Source of the DNA: a virus
Reading direction: 5' to 3' (one strand)
Length of the DNA stretch: 64,000 bases
Virus record (IMG/VR): IMGVR_UViG_3300034418_007369
Span: 1-64,000 of that record
Positions 45,673 through 56,383 of the stretch are shown one piece after another (the stretch's first letter is position 1; each line of letters starts with the position of its first letter). The notes below the pieces were generated by a model. That model saw only the letters and a program-made list of their open reading frames with translations. It was not told the origin of the DNA and did not search any database. Position numbers and translations under genes: made by a program.

Positions 45673-46745
45673 AAATATTGTATATAGGACACTACAAGGA
45701 TGGAACGGGTTGGGGAGATGCCGCCAAGAATAATATTATAGCTTTATCTAAAGCCGGTGTTGATGTTGTGCCTAGAGCCATTTCTTACAACGAAAAAGAT
45801 TCTGAGCCAGATGAAGAAATAAGTAAATTAGAACAAAAAAGCTCCGAAGGTTGCGATATCTGTATTCAGCATACGCTTCCGTCTAATTATGTTTATGATT
45901 CTAATTTTAAAAACATCGGATATCTAGCCACGGAAAGTAGCGATTTTGTAGATACGGCTTGGCAGAAAAATATAAATATGATGGATGAACTTTGGGTTCC
46001 GTCTGAATACGTCAAAAATTCTTGCGTAAAAAGCGGTGTCACAATACCCATCAAGATCGCCCCGCACTGTCTTAATATAGATTCATATTTAAAAGCAGAA
46101 GACGGCGCGAAAATTTCACAACTGCTAAACACTTTTAACTTTGCTTTTGTGGGAGAATTTATAGAGAGAAAAAATATACAAGCCTTAATTAAAGCGTTCC
46201 ATACAGAATTTCATCCAAAAGAAAATGTAAGCCTGCTTATTAAGACTTCTGGTGTTGACATTAGTGTTGTAAATAATCTAATTCAAGCAACCAAAAAGGG
46301 CCTAAAACTAAGAGAAAAATATAAGGAAGATATTGTTATATCGGGAAAACTAGAAAAAAAAGACTATCTTTCAGTGCTCAAGCAGTGTCATGCTTTTGTC
46401 ATGCCAAGCAGAGGCGAGGGTTTTTGTATTCCGGCGCTAGAAGCGATGGCTCTTGGCGTTCCCGCCATCTACACAAAAGGAACGGCCATGTCTGAATTTT
46501 GCATAGGCTCGGCTGTTGAAAGCCATAGCGTAGCATGTTTTGGCGGCATGGGATCACTGCCAAACATATACACCGCAAATAGTAACTGGCAAGAAATTAA
46601 TATTAGAGACCTTCAAGCAAAAATGAGAAACGCTTATACAAAAGGAACAGACATAGACAAAAAAGAAAGATGTCAAAATAAGGCAAAAGAATACTCTCAC
46701 GAAAATATTGGAAAGCTATTTAAGGAGTTGTTGAATGACAAGTAG
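45669..46745 (+). CDS. GT4 glycosyltransferase
   Basis: ERKN and SRGEGFCIPALEAMALG. Confidence 0.88.
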   Translation: MKILYIGHYKDGTGWGDAAKNNIIALSKAGVDVVPRAISYNEKDSEPDEEISKLEQKSSEGCDICIQHTLPSNYVYDSNFKNIGYLATESSDFVDTAWQKNINMMDELWVPSEYVKNSCVKSGVTIPIKIAPHCLNIDSYLKAEDGAKISQLLNTFNFAFVGEFIERKNIQALIKAFHTEFHPKENVSLLIKTSGVDISVVNNLIQATKKGLKLREKYKEDIVISGKLEKKDYLSVLKQCHAFVMPSRGEGFCIPALEAMALGVPAIYTKGTAMSEFCIGSAVESHSVACFGGMGSLPNIYTANSNWQEINIRDLQAKMRNAYTKGTDIDKKERCQNKAKEYSHENIGKLFKELLNDK

Positions 46746-47796
46746 AGCCAGTCAAAGATCAGTTAGAAGCATATTAAGGTCCGCCCACAGACCCAAAAAA
46801 CTTAATATATTAACATTTTGCGCACATGAAAGATATGAACAAAATCTTTGTAAGACTGGTCATAATTTTTATTCAGTTGGCGTTGGTAAAACTTGGGACA
46901 CCGATTACGGAAAAATACCAGAAAACTATCACGTCATTAATAGTATTCCAGATTACTTAGATTTTGATTTGATATTGGCGCACACGGACGACAACAGAGT
47001 GGCCGCTGTTTACAGCCATCTGTCTGGAGACGATAAAAAAAATCTAAACAGAACTCATATCCCGATTTTGAGGCACAATCATGTTCTTCCAGATGTTAGA
47101 TATGACATAGAGATGCAAAAAAAAGCAGCAGTAAATCCAATTTTTAATTTCTTTTCTTTTATTTCAAACTATTCTAGGGATCGGTGGGGCTTTAGCAAAG
47201 ATAATTCATTAGTTATCGAGCATGGTATTGATACAGATTTCTGGAATCCGGGATCAGAAAAAAGAGACAATGTTTGTCTTTCTGTTGTAAACGATTGGCC
47301 CAATAGGGATTGGTGCTGTGGATGGAATGTTTGGAGGCATACGGTTGGAATGAAGGGCGGATCTGGAACCAAGACAGACCCTTGGCAGTGCGATCTTCCA
47401 ATTAGAGTGTTTGGCAAGAGTCCCGGATTATCTGTTCCGGCTGAGTCAACAGAGCATCTAAGAGAGATTTACCAAAAGTCAAGAATATTTTATAACACAT
47501 CTATACATTCGCCTGTTCCAACTGTATTATTAGAAGCTATGGCGTGTGGATGCGCAATTGTTTCAACCGCAACATGTATGATACCAGAATTTATAAAACA
47601 CGGCCAAAATGGATTAATATCAAATGATGTCAATGAGCTAAAATCTTATCTAAAGATGCTTATGGAAAACGAAAACATTGCCAAAAAACTAGGACAAAAC
47701 GCAAGAAAAACAATTGAAGAAAAATTTAGCCTAGACAAATTTGTTAACAATTGGAATAAAACTTTTGACTTGGCGACGACTCTATACAAAGGATAA
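46735..47796 (+). CDS. GT4/GT-B glycosyltransferase
   Basis: HGIDT and P..LLEAMACG..NG. Confidence 0.85.
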   Translation: MTSRASQRSVRSILRSAHRPKKLNILTFCAHERYEQNLCKTGHNFYSVGVGKTWDTDYGKIPENYHVINSIPDYLDFDLILAHTDDNRVAAVYSHLSGDDKKNLNRTHIPILRHNHVLPDVRYDIEMQKKAAVNPIFNFFSFISNYSRDRWGFSKDNSLVIEHGIDTDFWNPGSEKRDNVCLSVVNDWPNRDWCCGWNVWRHTVGMKGGSGTKTDPWQCDLPIRVFGKSPGLSVPAESTEHLREIYQKSRIFYNTSIHSPVPTVLLEAMACGCAIVSTATCMIPEFIKHGQNGLISNDVNELKSYLKMLMENENIAKKLGQNARKTIEEKFSLDKFVNNWNKTFDLATTLYKG

Positions 47797-47799
47797 TCC

Positions 47800-48222
47800 A
47801 TGAAAATATATTTATCAGAAAAAAAATTAACTAATGACGATTTTATTCATGTCTCTAGTATCATGCATCTTGATAATGCTGTATTAGATGGCGAGGCGAC
47901 GGAAATTGTTGCAGACAGTTTTTTAAATCAATTTAAGATTGAAGATTTAGAAAAAGTCATACAAAAAATAGTAAGCAAAATGAGAATTAAATCAGAAATT
48001 AGTATTCAGGGCAAAGACTTGGATATTTTGATCCTTAAATATAACCGGGGAGAAATTTCTATACAAGATTTAAACAGGGATCTTATTGGCGAATCGCCTG
48101 TGTCAAGTTTAATAAATGTAGAAACTCTTCAAGAAGCTCTACCAAAAAACATAGAGGTTTCTTACATGTCTGTAGACCAACAAACAGGAAATTTTTTAAT
48201 AAAAGGGAAAAGATCAAAATGA
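47800..48222 (+). CDS. Hypothetical protein, possibly a degenerate methyltransferase fold
   Basis: Weak pattern only. Confidence 0.5.
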   Translation: MKIYLSEKKLTNDDFIHVSSIMHLDNAVLDGEATEIVADSFLNQFKIEDLEKVIQKIVSKMRIKSEISIQGKDLDILILKYNRGEISIQDLNRDLIGESPVSSLINVETLQEALPKNIEVSYMSVDQQTGNFLIKGKRSK

Positions 48223-49013
48223 TGGAAATGAAATGTTCGGGTTGTGTTTTTACTAAAGTCAAGGACTCTAAACAGGCCGGATGCATGTTGAATAGAATAG
48301 AGAAACTTCAAGAAACCAACACGGAAGAAAAGGACGGAGTAGAGTACAAGGTTTTAAAAAGATTTTGCAATACGCATCGCCCAGAGCGATGGCTACAAAA
48401 GCTCACGCTTGACAAGAGTCTAGACGCCACTAGCACTGCGCTCGAAGAAGTAAGACCAAGAGTTGGATTTATTGTTTATTTAGACCACTCAAAAGATAAT
48501 CCGTTGACATGGCTTGAGTCAACTCTCATGGATATCAGAGATCAAACAGAGTCGGCTGCCAGATATGTGATTGTTGTTAACGAAAAAGTGGAATATAATC
48601 AACAAATTCATGATATGCTGCTGCTATTTTTCAATAAAGAAAAAACAGAGATTCACCTTTTACAATTATTAGAAGTACCTACAAATAAAATATGGATTGT
48701 TGATGAGTGCTTTCGGTTCGCTTTAAACGGATGGATTTATGTAACAACATCTGGCGAAGCGGTTAGTAGAAGCCTATTACAAGACATGCATGAGCACATT
48801 AATATAAAAATGAAAAGACTGTCTGTAGTTAAGCCATACGAAGGTATTAATGGGCTTCTATTTCAAACGGCGCTATTTAAATATTTAAATGGCAATAAAA
48901 CAAAGATTTGGGATGAAGATAAAAAAGACTCTAGACTATTTCTAGATAAAATAAAAGATCTAGACGCCGAGAATGATTGTATTTTAGAATGGAGTGATGT
49001 CAATGTTGCCTAA
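48219..49013 (+). CDS. Hypothetical protein with Cys-rich N-terminus, possibly GT-A-like
   Basis: CSGC..C..C; cluster context. Confidence 0.55.
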   Translation: MMEMKCSGCVFTKVKDSKQAGCMLNRIEKLQETNTEEKDGVEYKVLKRFCNTHRPERWLQKLTLDKSLDATSTALEEVRPRVGFIVYLDHSKDNPLTWLESTLMDIRDQTESAARYVIVVNEKVEYNQQIHDMLLLFFNKEKTEIHLLQLLEVPTNKIWIVDECFRFALNGWIYVTTSGEAVSRSLLQDMHEHINIKMKRLSVVKPYEGINGLLFQTALFKYLNGNKTKIWDEDKKDSRLFLDKIKDLDAENDCILEWSDVNVA

Positions 49014-49758
49014 AGTAGCCATCATATGTGCAAATTATAATTATGGCAGGTATATTGTTGCCGCCATGAATAGTATAATAAATCAGACATACGAAGGTGA
49101 GCTTCGTTTGTATGTTGTAGACGATGGATCGTCTGACGATTCATGGGATAAAATTTGCGGCTATGTTAATAGCTATAGTCACCCAGCAGAAGGTCAAGAT
49201 AAGATTTACACGAAGCGAATCGAAAACTCTGGTGCTAGTGTCGCCCGCAATACAGCAATTGAAATGTGCTGGGACTGGGCCGATATCATTGGCGTTCTCG
49301 ATGCGGATGACGAATACAAACCAAGAAAAGTAGAAAAGTTTGTAAACAAGCTGATTGAATATCCTGAGATTGGCGCGGTTTATGGGGACTATGATATTCA
49401 TAAAACATATGCAGGTAAATCATATACAAAAGAAGAGTTCAAGCCATCATATTCTAGAGAAGAACTGTTAAAAAATTGCATCGTTCATAGCAACTCTTTG
49501 ATAAAAAAAGAATTTTTACAATCCGTCAGATTGCCCAATGGAGAATTTTTTGACAGTAGGCTGCATGGGCCAGCCAGTAAAGGATTTATCGGATGCACAG
49601 AGGATTACGATCTATGGCTCAGGATATCTAAAGTTTGTATCATTTGCCACGTTCCAGAATCGTTATCTATTGTTAATGAATCCGGTCAAAATCAGTCCAT
49701 GAAAATGACAAACGATGTCTTTAAACAAAACGCCGAAATATTAAGGAGTAGGTTTTGA
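49003..49758 (+). CDS. GT2 glycosyltransferase
   Basis: YNY, VVDDGSSD, ARN, LDADD and EDYDLWLR. Confidence 0.9.
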   Translation: MLPKVAIICANYNYGRYIVAAMNSIINQTYEGELRLYVVDDGSSDDSWDKICGYVNSYSHPAEGQDKIYTKRIENSGASVARNTAIEMCWDWADIIGVLDADDEYKPRKVEKFVNKLIEYPEIGAVYGDYDIHKTYAGKSYTKEEFKPSYSREELLKNCIVHSNSLIKKEFLQSVRLPNGEFFDSRLHGPASKGFIGCTEDYDLWLRISKVCIICHVPESLSIVNESGQNQSMKMTNDVFKQNAEILRSRF

Positions 49759-50471
49759 ACAGGTCTACAACATCAATTAAGAAAAATATAACAGAGAAAG
49801 GATTGTCTGTTGTTATTCTTTCTGCTGGCGCAGGATCTAGAATTAGGTCTAATGAACCAAGAAGCCTAATAAAAGTTAAAGATGACTATCTTATAAATCA
49901 TCAGATAAAAGCTGTTAAAAGCATATTTAAAAATGTAGAAGTTATTGGCGTTTTTGGAACACATCTAGAAAAAATAATAAAAAAGCTAGATAACAAAATA
50001 AGGGTTGTAGAAAACCAATTACATAATACAACAAACAACTCAGAAAGCATGAGGCTTGGTTTAAATAACTGCCTATATGACAATGTTTTGTTTATTCATG
50101 GAGATATTTTTTTTAAAAGCTGCTTACTAGAAAGTGCAGACTTTAATAAATCGTTTTTAGTGGTTGATGCTAACCAAGACATGGAAGAAAAAGAAGTTGG
50201 GGTAACTATTAATAAAAAAGACGTTTCCATACTGTCATACGGGCTGCCAAAAAAATGGTGTCAAATCTGTTTTGTCACGGGTAAAGAACTAAGAATTCTT
50301 AAATCAATATTTTTAAAGTTTCAGGCAGTAGATAAAAAAATGTTATCTTTTGAGATTTTAAACAAAGTCATAGAAAACGGCGGATCTTTCCGGCATCATG
50401 AAAAAAAAGATTCGCACACTATAGAAATAGACTGCATCAAGGATTTAGAAAATGAAAATTTTAATTTGTAA
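49755..50471 (+). CDS. NTP-transferase (LicC/MobA-like nucleotidyltransferase)
   Basis: ILSAGAGSR, TNN..S and HGD. Confidence 0.75.
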   Translation: MNRSTTSIKKNITEKGLSVVILSAGAGSRIRSNEPRSLIKVKDDYLINHQIKAVKSIFKNVEVIGVFGTHLEKIIKKLDNKIRVVENQLHNTTNNSESMRLGLNNCLYDNVLFIHGDIFFKSCLLESADFNKSFLVVDANQDMEEKEVGVTINKKDVSILSYGLPKKWCQICFVTGKELRILKSIFLKFQAVDKKMLSFEILNKVIENGGSFRHHEKKDSHTIEIDCIKDLENENFNL

Positions 50472-51489
50472 CGACGGACGACACGCCCATTTCTTTCAAA
50501 GAATGTCGTGGGCTAATGCTCTTACGGCGGCTGGCCATCAGGTGTTCCTTTGGGAAAAGGATACTATGCCAGCTTTTGACGCTTTTGATACGTGTGAGCC
50601 AGATATTTTTCTTGGGCAGGCTTATAATCTAGACGAAGCGACGATTAAATGCGTCAAAGAAAGACCACACCTAAGAGTTGGACTGCGCGCCGGAGACTGG
50701 GGCGATCAAACAAAAGATATAGATCAAAATAAATTTAACATCTTGACACTTACAACAAAAGAAGTTAAGATGCTAGAAGAATTAAAAAACGAAACAGGCG
50801 CTCCTGATTTTGTTCATATACACTATCCAGAATGGGCGGTAGAACAAACACATAATCGCTTTGAAAGTATCGGAATCAAAGCTGTATCACTAATGATGTG
50901 CGCAGACACTACCGTATATGGAGGCGGACAAAGAAGAGAAGAGCTTATGTGCGATATAGGATTTGTTGGAGGATACTGGCCCTATAAAGGACAGATTATA
51001 GATCAATATCTTATGCCTCTTTTACATCCTGTTGGCAGATATAATGTAAAAATATTCGGCAATCAACCTTGGCCTGCAAATCAATATTGCGGATTAATAC
51101 AAGACAATAAAGTAAAAGACTTATTTGTTTCTTCTAAAATATGTCCAAACCTTAGTGAGCCTCACGCGCACGAGTTTGGATTTGATGTAAATGAAAGAAT
51201 ATTTAAAGTTTTATATGCTGGCGGCTTCTGTATCACTGATAATGTAGAAGGGTATAAAATGTTTGGTGATGGCATTGTAATTGCAGATTCCCCAAAAGAT
51301 TTTACAGACAAAGTAGAATACTACGCAAACACTGATGCCGGAACAATGGATAGGTCAGAGATAATCCAAAAAGGACAAACACTTGTGAAAGAAAATCACA
51401 CAAACTATCATAGGACCGCACAGATTATGGATTTATTTGGCTACAAAGACGAAGCTAAAAAACTATTAGGGATTGCTAATGAACTCTAG
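50452..51489 (+). CDS. CgeB-like GT-B glycosyltransferase
   Basis: DIGFVGG, SKICPN and NERIF....GGF.ITD. Confidence 0.78.
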   Translation: MKILICNDGRHAHFFQRMSWANALTAAGHQVFLWEKDTMPAFDAFDTCEPDIFLGQAYNLDEATIKCVKERPHLRVGLRAGDWGDQTKDIDQNKFNILTLTTKEVKMLEELKNETGAPDFVHIHYPEWAVEQTHNRFESIGIKAVSLMMCADTTVYGGGQRREELMCDIGFVGGYWPYKGQIIDQYLMPLLHPVGRYNVKIFGNQPWPANQYCGLIQDNKVKDLFVSSKICPNLSEPHAHEFGFDVNERIFKVLYAGGFCITDNVEGYKMFGDGIVIADSPKDFTDKVEYYANTDAGTMDRSEIIQKGQTLVKENHTNYHRTAQIMDLFGYKDEAKKLLGIANEL

Positions 51490-52441
51490 AAAAATTGTAA
51501 TTACTGGCGGTACTGGATTTCTTGGTAAGGCCGTTCGTAAAGCGTTGTTGGATTCTAATGATACTATTATTCCACTTAGAGGAAGAGGTGAATGGGACTT
51601 AACAAAACAAAAACATGTTGAATATTTGTTTGCTCATAATACTCCAGATGTCATTGTGCATCTCGCTGCTAGAGTTGGCGGAATAGGGGCGAATAAGGAA
51701 AACCCCGGATTGTTCATGTATGAGAATCTGGCGATGGGGATGAACTTGATTGAAACGGCCAGAAAATATGGCGCGCTAAAGAAGTTTGTTATGGTTGGGA
51801 CAGTGTGCGCATATCCAAAGTTTACGCCGGTTCCATTCAAAGAAGAAGATATATGGAACGGCTATCCAGAAGAGACCAATGCGCCTTATGGGATCGCTAA
51901 AAAAGCCCTTATGGAAATGCTTGCGGCTTATAATGCTCAATATGGACTTAACTGTACTAATCTCATTCCTGTAAATATGTATGGGCCGCATGATAATTTT
52001 CACCCAAGCATTAGTCATGTTATTCCCGCCATTATTTTAAAGATAGATAAAGCTATTCAAAATAAAGAAAGTTCTGTAGAACTCTGGGGAACTGGAAACG
52101 CCAGTAGAGAATTCCTTTATGTGGATGACTGTGCCGAAGCTATTAAACTAGCAATAGATACAGACACCACACCAGACCCAATCAACATTGGAACAGGTGT
52201 AGAGTTTACAATATCCGCTCTAGCCGAGAAGATAGCATCAATTATGGGATATGAAGGCGATGTCTTATTCAATGCAAACGGAATGGATGGGCAGCCGCGA
52301 CGATGTTTAGACACCTCGAAAGCAAAAGACGCGCTAGGATTTGAGGCGCAAACAGGTTTAATATCAGGACTGAAACAAACTATTGAATGGTACAATAATA
52401 ATAAAGAAAAATTTACTAGTTACTTTAAGGATATTGACTAA
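51479..52441 (+). CDS. fcl: GDP-L-fucose synthase
   Basis: TGGTGFLG, LAARVGGI.AN, CAYPK, YGIAK, SHVIPA, WGTG..SREF.YVDD and DGQPRR. Confidence 0.92.
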   Translation: MNSRKIVITGGTGFLGKAVRKALLDSNDTIIPLRGRGEWDLTKQKHVEYLFAHNTPDVIVHLAARVGGIGANKENPGLFMYENLAMGMNLIETARKYGALKKFVMVGTVCAYPKFTPVPFKEEDIWNGYPEETNAPYGIAKKALMEMLAAYNAQYGLNCTNLIPVNMYGPHDNFHPSISHVIPAIILKIDKAIQNKESSVELWGTGNASREFLYVDDCAEAIKLAIDTDTTPDPINIGTGVEFTISALAEKIASIMGYEGDVLFNANGMDGQPRRCLDTSKAKDALGFEAQTGLISGLKQTIEWYNNNKEKFTSYFKDID

Positions 52442-52443
52442 AC

Positions 52444-52920
52444 ATGAAAATATTAGTTACTGGACTAGAAAGCTCTTGTACAAAAATAGTGTCTAAAATT
52501 TTTAGTGATAATCTTAAAATAGATGGATATGAAAAATATAATGGAGTAATGAGAATAAGCGATGATAAAAACCTAGTTTCACACATGAGCTTACCCTCTG
52601 GACAGAGAACGTTTTTCTATATACCAAAAATTAAAGATTGGGATATTATAACTATCGCTACTAGGGATTATAATTGTTCTTTAAAATCAAAAATAAATAA
52701 CCATCAGCCAATAGTTAAAAATGCAATTGCCGAGCACGATAATGGCGCATATATACTATCTGAAATGATAAAATTTGATAACGTGCATGTTTTTTCTTAT
52801 GAAAGCTGGTTTTTACTTGGGGATCTATATGTTAAGAAATTTTTAAATCAGTTCAATATAGACTACTCAAAAAAAATAAATCCCGAAAACGTTAATAAAA
52901 AATACATGAAAGATTTTTAA
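52444..52920 (+). CDS. Sulfotransferase-like P-loop protein
   Basis: VTGLESSCT, RD and SYE pattern (weak). Confidence 0.45.
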   Translation: MKILVTGLESSCTKIVSKIFSDNLKIDGYEKYNGVMRISDDKNLVSHMSLPSGQRTFFYIPKIKDWDIITIATRDYNCSLKSKINNHQPIVKNAIAEHDNGAYILSEMIKFDNVHVFSYESWFLLGDLYVKKFLNQFNIDYSKKINPENVNKKYMKDF

Positions 52921-53768
52921 TGATTACATCTATTATATTCAGTAAAAATAGACCTTTGCAGCTTGACTTATGTCTAAATAGCATAAAGCAAAACTTTCCA
53001 CAATCAACACAGAATATTGTGATTCACAACAACTCTGTTGAGTTTGGGAAGGCTCATTTGCAGCAAAAGAAAGAACATCCAGACGTTGAGTTCTGGCAGC
53101 AAACAGAGTCGCTGTTTTGTGATATCTGGGACGCCATGAAAGAAGCCAAGAACGACTATGTGTGCTTTTTTGTAGATGATTGCATTGTCTATAATAAGGT
53201 ATTCCTTGAAGAAATAAATTTACAAAATCTAGAAAAAGATATTGTCTCTTGTATTTCGCTGCGCTTGGGCATGAATATATGTGAAAGAAGTCACGACAAT
53301 CAAGCCTTTCCTGACAGGCCAGTAACGTATGGTTTTTCTGAATGTGGCGGATGGATGATTGTCAATAGAACCAGTAATACATATGGGTCATACTGGTCTT
53401 ATAACTTGTCTGTAGACGGTCACATCTTTAAAAAATCAAGCATGAAAGAAATGTCTTTTGAGCTATGGAAAATTTCTCAATTTAAAGACTGGAAACAAAC
53501 GCCAAATGAATTTGAAGGCGCGCTACAGAGGTTCTGGACCATTACTCCCGCTGCCATAGTCTGCCCTTTTCAAAGTGCCGTGGTAAATAGCCCAAACAAT
53601 AAAACACAAGACTCTCATGATAATAGGTCTGGAGACTACTACGACTATGATGAGTTTTCTTTATTAAGGAAATATGAAGATGGTAAAAGAATTAAATTAA
53701 GTAACATTGATTTCGGACACATAAAATGTCCACACACCGAAATAGACATCTTAAAGGACTTAAAATGA
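52920..53768 (+). CDS. GT-A-like glycosyltransferase
   Basis: IFSKNRP.QL...L.S, F.VDD, S.DGH and PN.FE. Confidence 0.65.
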   Translation: MITSIIFSKNRPLQLDLCLNSIKQNFPQSTQNIVIHNNSVEFGKAHLQQKKEHPDVEFWQQTESLFCDIWDAMKEAKNDYVCFFVDDCIVYNKVFLEEINLQNLEKDIVSCISLRLGMNICERSHDNQAFPDRPVTYGFSECGGWMIVNRTSNTYGSYWSYNLSVDGHIFKKSSMKEMSFELWKISQFKDWKQTPNEFEGALQRFWTITPAAIVCPFQSAVVNSPNNKTQDSHDNRSGDYYDYDEFSLLRKYEDGKRIKLSNIDFGHIKCPHTEIDILKDLK

Positions 53769-54502
53769 GCATATACGTACATTACGTACAATCTATAATA
53801 GAAAACTTAGAGCTAAGTCGTGAGCAGTTATTTTTTAAAAGCGACCCAAGATATCAATATGTACTAGAGCACGTAAGCAAAAATCATGGATCAGAATATC
53901 TTGATCTAATAAAAGAAGAATTTCACAACGTTTACAAAGAACACAAAAACCTATTTGTAAACTTGAGTAAAAAAAACGACTCAGTAGGCAAGCCTACGCA
54001 ATATTATTATTTTGATTTCTGTGAATGTTCTCCTACAAACTTGAGATACATCTATCAGTCTTTGTTGATACTCAAATATGCTAATGAGCTTGGTTTAAAA
54101 ACACTAGACATCATAGAAATTGGTGGTGGATATGGTGGTCTTTGTTTTTTCTTAAAAAATATGTGCCATATATACTCTGTCAATATAGCATCATATGTAA
54201 TATATGATCTCCCGGAGGCAGAATCATTACAATCAAAATACTTAGAGTATCATGATTTAAGACTCAGCGAAAAACAAACATTAAAAGGCGAACATTTCCT
54301 GATAAGTAACTACGCATTTAGCGAGCTTCCAGAGCCAATAAGAAAAACATACGAAAAAGAAGTAATAAACCCGTTTTGCTCTTTTGGGTTTTTGGCTTGG
54401 AATGGGTGTGAGTTTTATCGTTTTGTAGACGATAAAGATTTTTTAATAGAAGAAGAAAAACCACAAACACACCCAAACAATAGATACATTTATTTCAAAT
54501 AA
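53765..54502 (+). CDS. Putative sugar O-methyltransferase
   Basis: ND.VG.P, LRY, IEIGGGYGG, DLPE and ISNYAFSE. Confidence 0.78.
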   Translation: MSIYVHYVQSIIENLELSREQLFFKSDPRYQYVLEHVSKNHGSEYLDLIKEEFHNVYKEHKNLFVNLSKKNDSVGKPTQYYYFDFCECSPTNLRYIYQSLLILKYANELGLKTLDIIEIGGGYGGLCFFLKNMCHIYSVNIASYVIYDLPEAESLQSKYLEYHDLRLSEKQTLKGEHFLISNYAFSELPEPIRKTYEKEVINPFCSFGFLAWNGCEFYRFVDDKDFLIEEEKPQTHPNNRYIYFK

Positions 54503-54512
54503 GGATTAGAAT

Positions 54513-55370
54513 ATGAGATATTTAATACTGGGTAAAGACGATCTAAAGGGTATTCCGGGCAGCGATTCAGCGAAGGATGGGGATATTAATAGATACTGGG
54601 AGCTTGGATGGGAGTCTGTTGGCGGCAGGATTGATTTTATTTCTTTTTATAATCAAGGCTTTTGGGATCAAGACAACATGACAGCCGTGGCAATAGAAGA
54701 CAGGATGTTTCTGTACACTAAAATGTGCAAAAATGTAATTTCTTATACAGAGTTTAAAAAATTAAATGTGTCAAGAGAACAAATAATTTTTGACATTCCC
54801 GCCAACCATATGAGCTGCTGTTTTACAAAAAAAAGTATTTTTTTAAAACCCGGAACGATTGAGTATTACAGAAAAAAAGAAGACCAAGAATTAATTTTTA
54901 ATGGATTCGATCTAGATGGAGCCATTGAACCAGAAGAACCCTTTGTTACAATGTGCATCAGGAGAAGGGGCTGGTGTCCAGATAGAAACAGTGATATATC
55001 ATTTTTTCAGAGGCTTGTAGACGGCATAAAAGATCATTATCCAATATATGTAGTTGGCAAAGGTAATGAACAGTTTTGCGAAGAAAACGGAATCAACTTT
55101 GTTGAAAAATTAAAAGATTATGTTTCATTAATTAAAAATAAAAATTGTGCAAGGTTGATAACACAGGCAACAGGATTAGTCGCCCTAGCTCTAACTTGCG
55201 CAGAGACAGATATAGAACTAATAGATCAGTCTAAATGTTCAAGACTAGATAGTTCAGACGCGATATTGGGAGGAAAATGTATACATTTTTTCAAAGGTGA
55301 AGTAACTCCGTATTTTTATGCAGACGATAAAACTTGTCAAGAAATAATATCAAAAACAATCAAAAAATAA
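54513..55370 (+). CDS. Hypothetical protein, possibly GT-B-like
   Basis: ORF track and cluster context. Confidence 0.6.
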   Translation: MRYLILGKDDLKGIPGSDSAKDGDINRYWELGWESVGGRIDFISFYNQGFWDQDNMTAVAIEDRMFLYTKMCKNVISYTEFKKLNVSREQIIFDIPANHMSCCFTKKSIFLKPGTIEYYRKKEDQELIFNGFDLDGAIEPEEPFVTMCIRRRGWCPDRNSDISFFQRLVDGIKDHYPIYVVGKGNEQFCEENGINFVEKLKDYVSLIKNKNCARLITQATGLVALALTCAETDIELIDQSKCSRLDSSDAILGGKCIHFFKGEVTPYFYADDKTCQEIISKTIKK

Positions 55371-55373
55371 TAG

Positions 55374-55694
55374 ATGGGAGAAGATATGGCAGATACGCTT
55401 GGCGGTCTTATTGATAAACTGATAACCGTAGACATGAAAATGTGGAACAACCAAGAGTTTCTTTATGAAGTTCGTAGAATTCCATTTGAAGAATTTAAAG
55501 AAAAGTATACTAGCGATGACACTAAACAACTAGCTCTTTTTTCTTCTCTCAAAAAATGTTGTGATCTTAACTTCCAAAGGAATGTGTTGATAGATGAAAT
55601 AGATGAAATGATCGCGTCGGTTTTAGAGGCTCTTTCCTCTGGGGAAAAAATAGATTATGAAAAATTCATCCAGAGAAAACACAAAACATACTAA
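55374..55694 (+). CDS. DUF4254-like helical protein
   Basis: TLGGLIDKL...K.W..QE and LN.QR..LIDEID. Confidence 0.6.
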   Translation: MGEDMADTLGGLIDKLITVDMKMWNNQEFLYEVRRIPFEEFKEKYTSDDTKQLALFSSLKKCCDLNFQRNVLIDEIDEMIASVLEALSSGEKIDYEKFIQRKHKTY

Positions 55695-55812
55695 AAAGAT
55701 ACAAGAAATAGCAGAACATATCAAATATAAATATGGACTGTCTGAGTGGAGCGCAAAAGTTTTAGTCAATGATATTGTAGAATTATATAATAGATCAAAA
55801 AGTGAGGAATAA

Positions 55813-56382
55813 ATGTTTAACGATGGTTATTTTTCTGAAAATGATATAAAAGATAGATTTAAGTCTGTTGGTAAAAATGTTTTAATTTCTAAGAACTGCA
55901 CAATTATAGGAACAGAAAACATAGAAATAGGTAATAATGTTAGAATTGATGACTACTGTTGTATTATGGTTGGTAGTGACGGGGCAAGTCTTAAAATTGG
56001 CTCATATGTTCACATCGCGGCAAATTGTTATCTGTCTGCGAAAAATGGAATTATAATGGAAGATTTCACTGGAATATCTCAAGGCGTTAAGATATATAGT
56101 AATTCAGATGATTACTCTGGAGCATTTTTAACAAACCCAACCGTTCCGTCTGAGTTTACAAACGCTACCGGGAGAACCGTCACGTTGAAAAAACATGCGA
56201 TAGTCGGTTCTGGGGCTGTTATCTTGCCGGGAGTCACCATACATGAAGGCACATCTGTAGGGGCTTTATCATTAGTAACTAAAGACTTAAAAGAATGGAG
56301 TATTTATTTTGGTATTCCAGCAAAGAGGTTGAAGAACAGATTAAAAAATCTTTTAGACTTAGAAAAAAAACTTGAGGAATAA
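55813..56382 (+). CDS. Hexapeptide-repeat (LbH) acetyltransferase
   Basis: IEIGNNVRIDD, SDDYSG, VILPGV and GIPA. Confidence 0.88.
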   Translation: MFNDGYFSENDIKDRFKSVGKNVLISKNCTIIGTENIEIGNNVRIDDYCCIMVGSDGASLKIGSYVHIAANCYLSAKNGIIMEDFTGISQGVKIYSNSDDYSGAFLTNPTVPSEFTNATGRTVTLKKHAIVGSGAVILPGVTIHEGTSVGALSLVTKDLKEWSIYFGIPAKRLKNRLKNLLDLEKKLEE

Positions 56383-56383
56383 T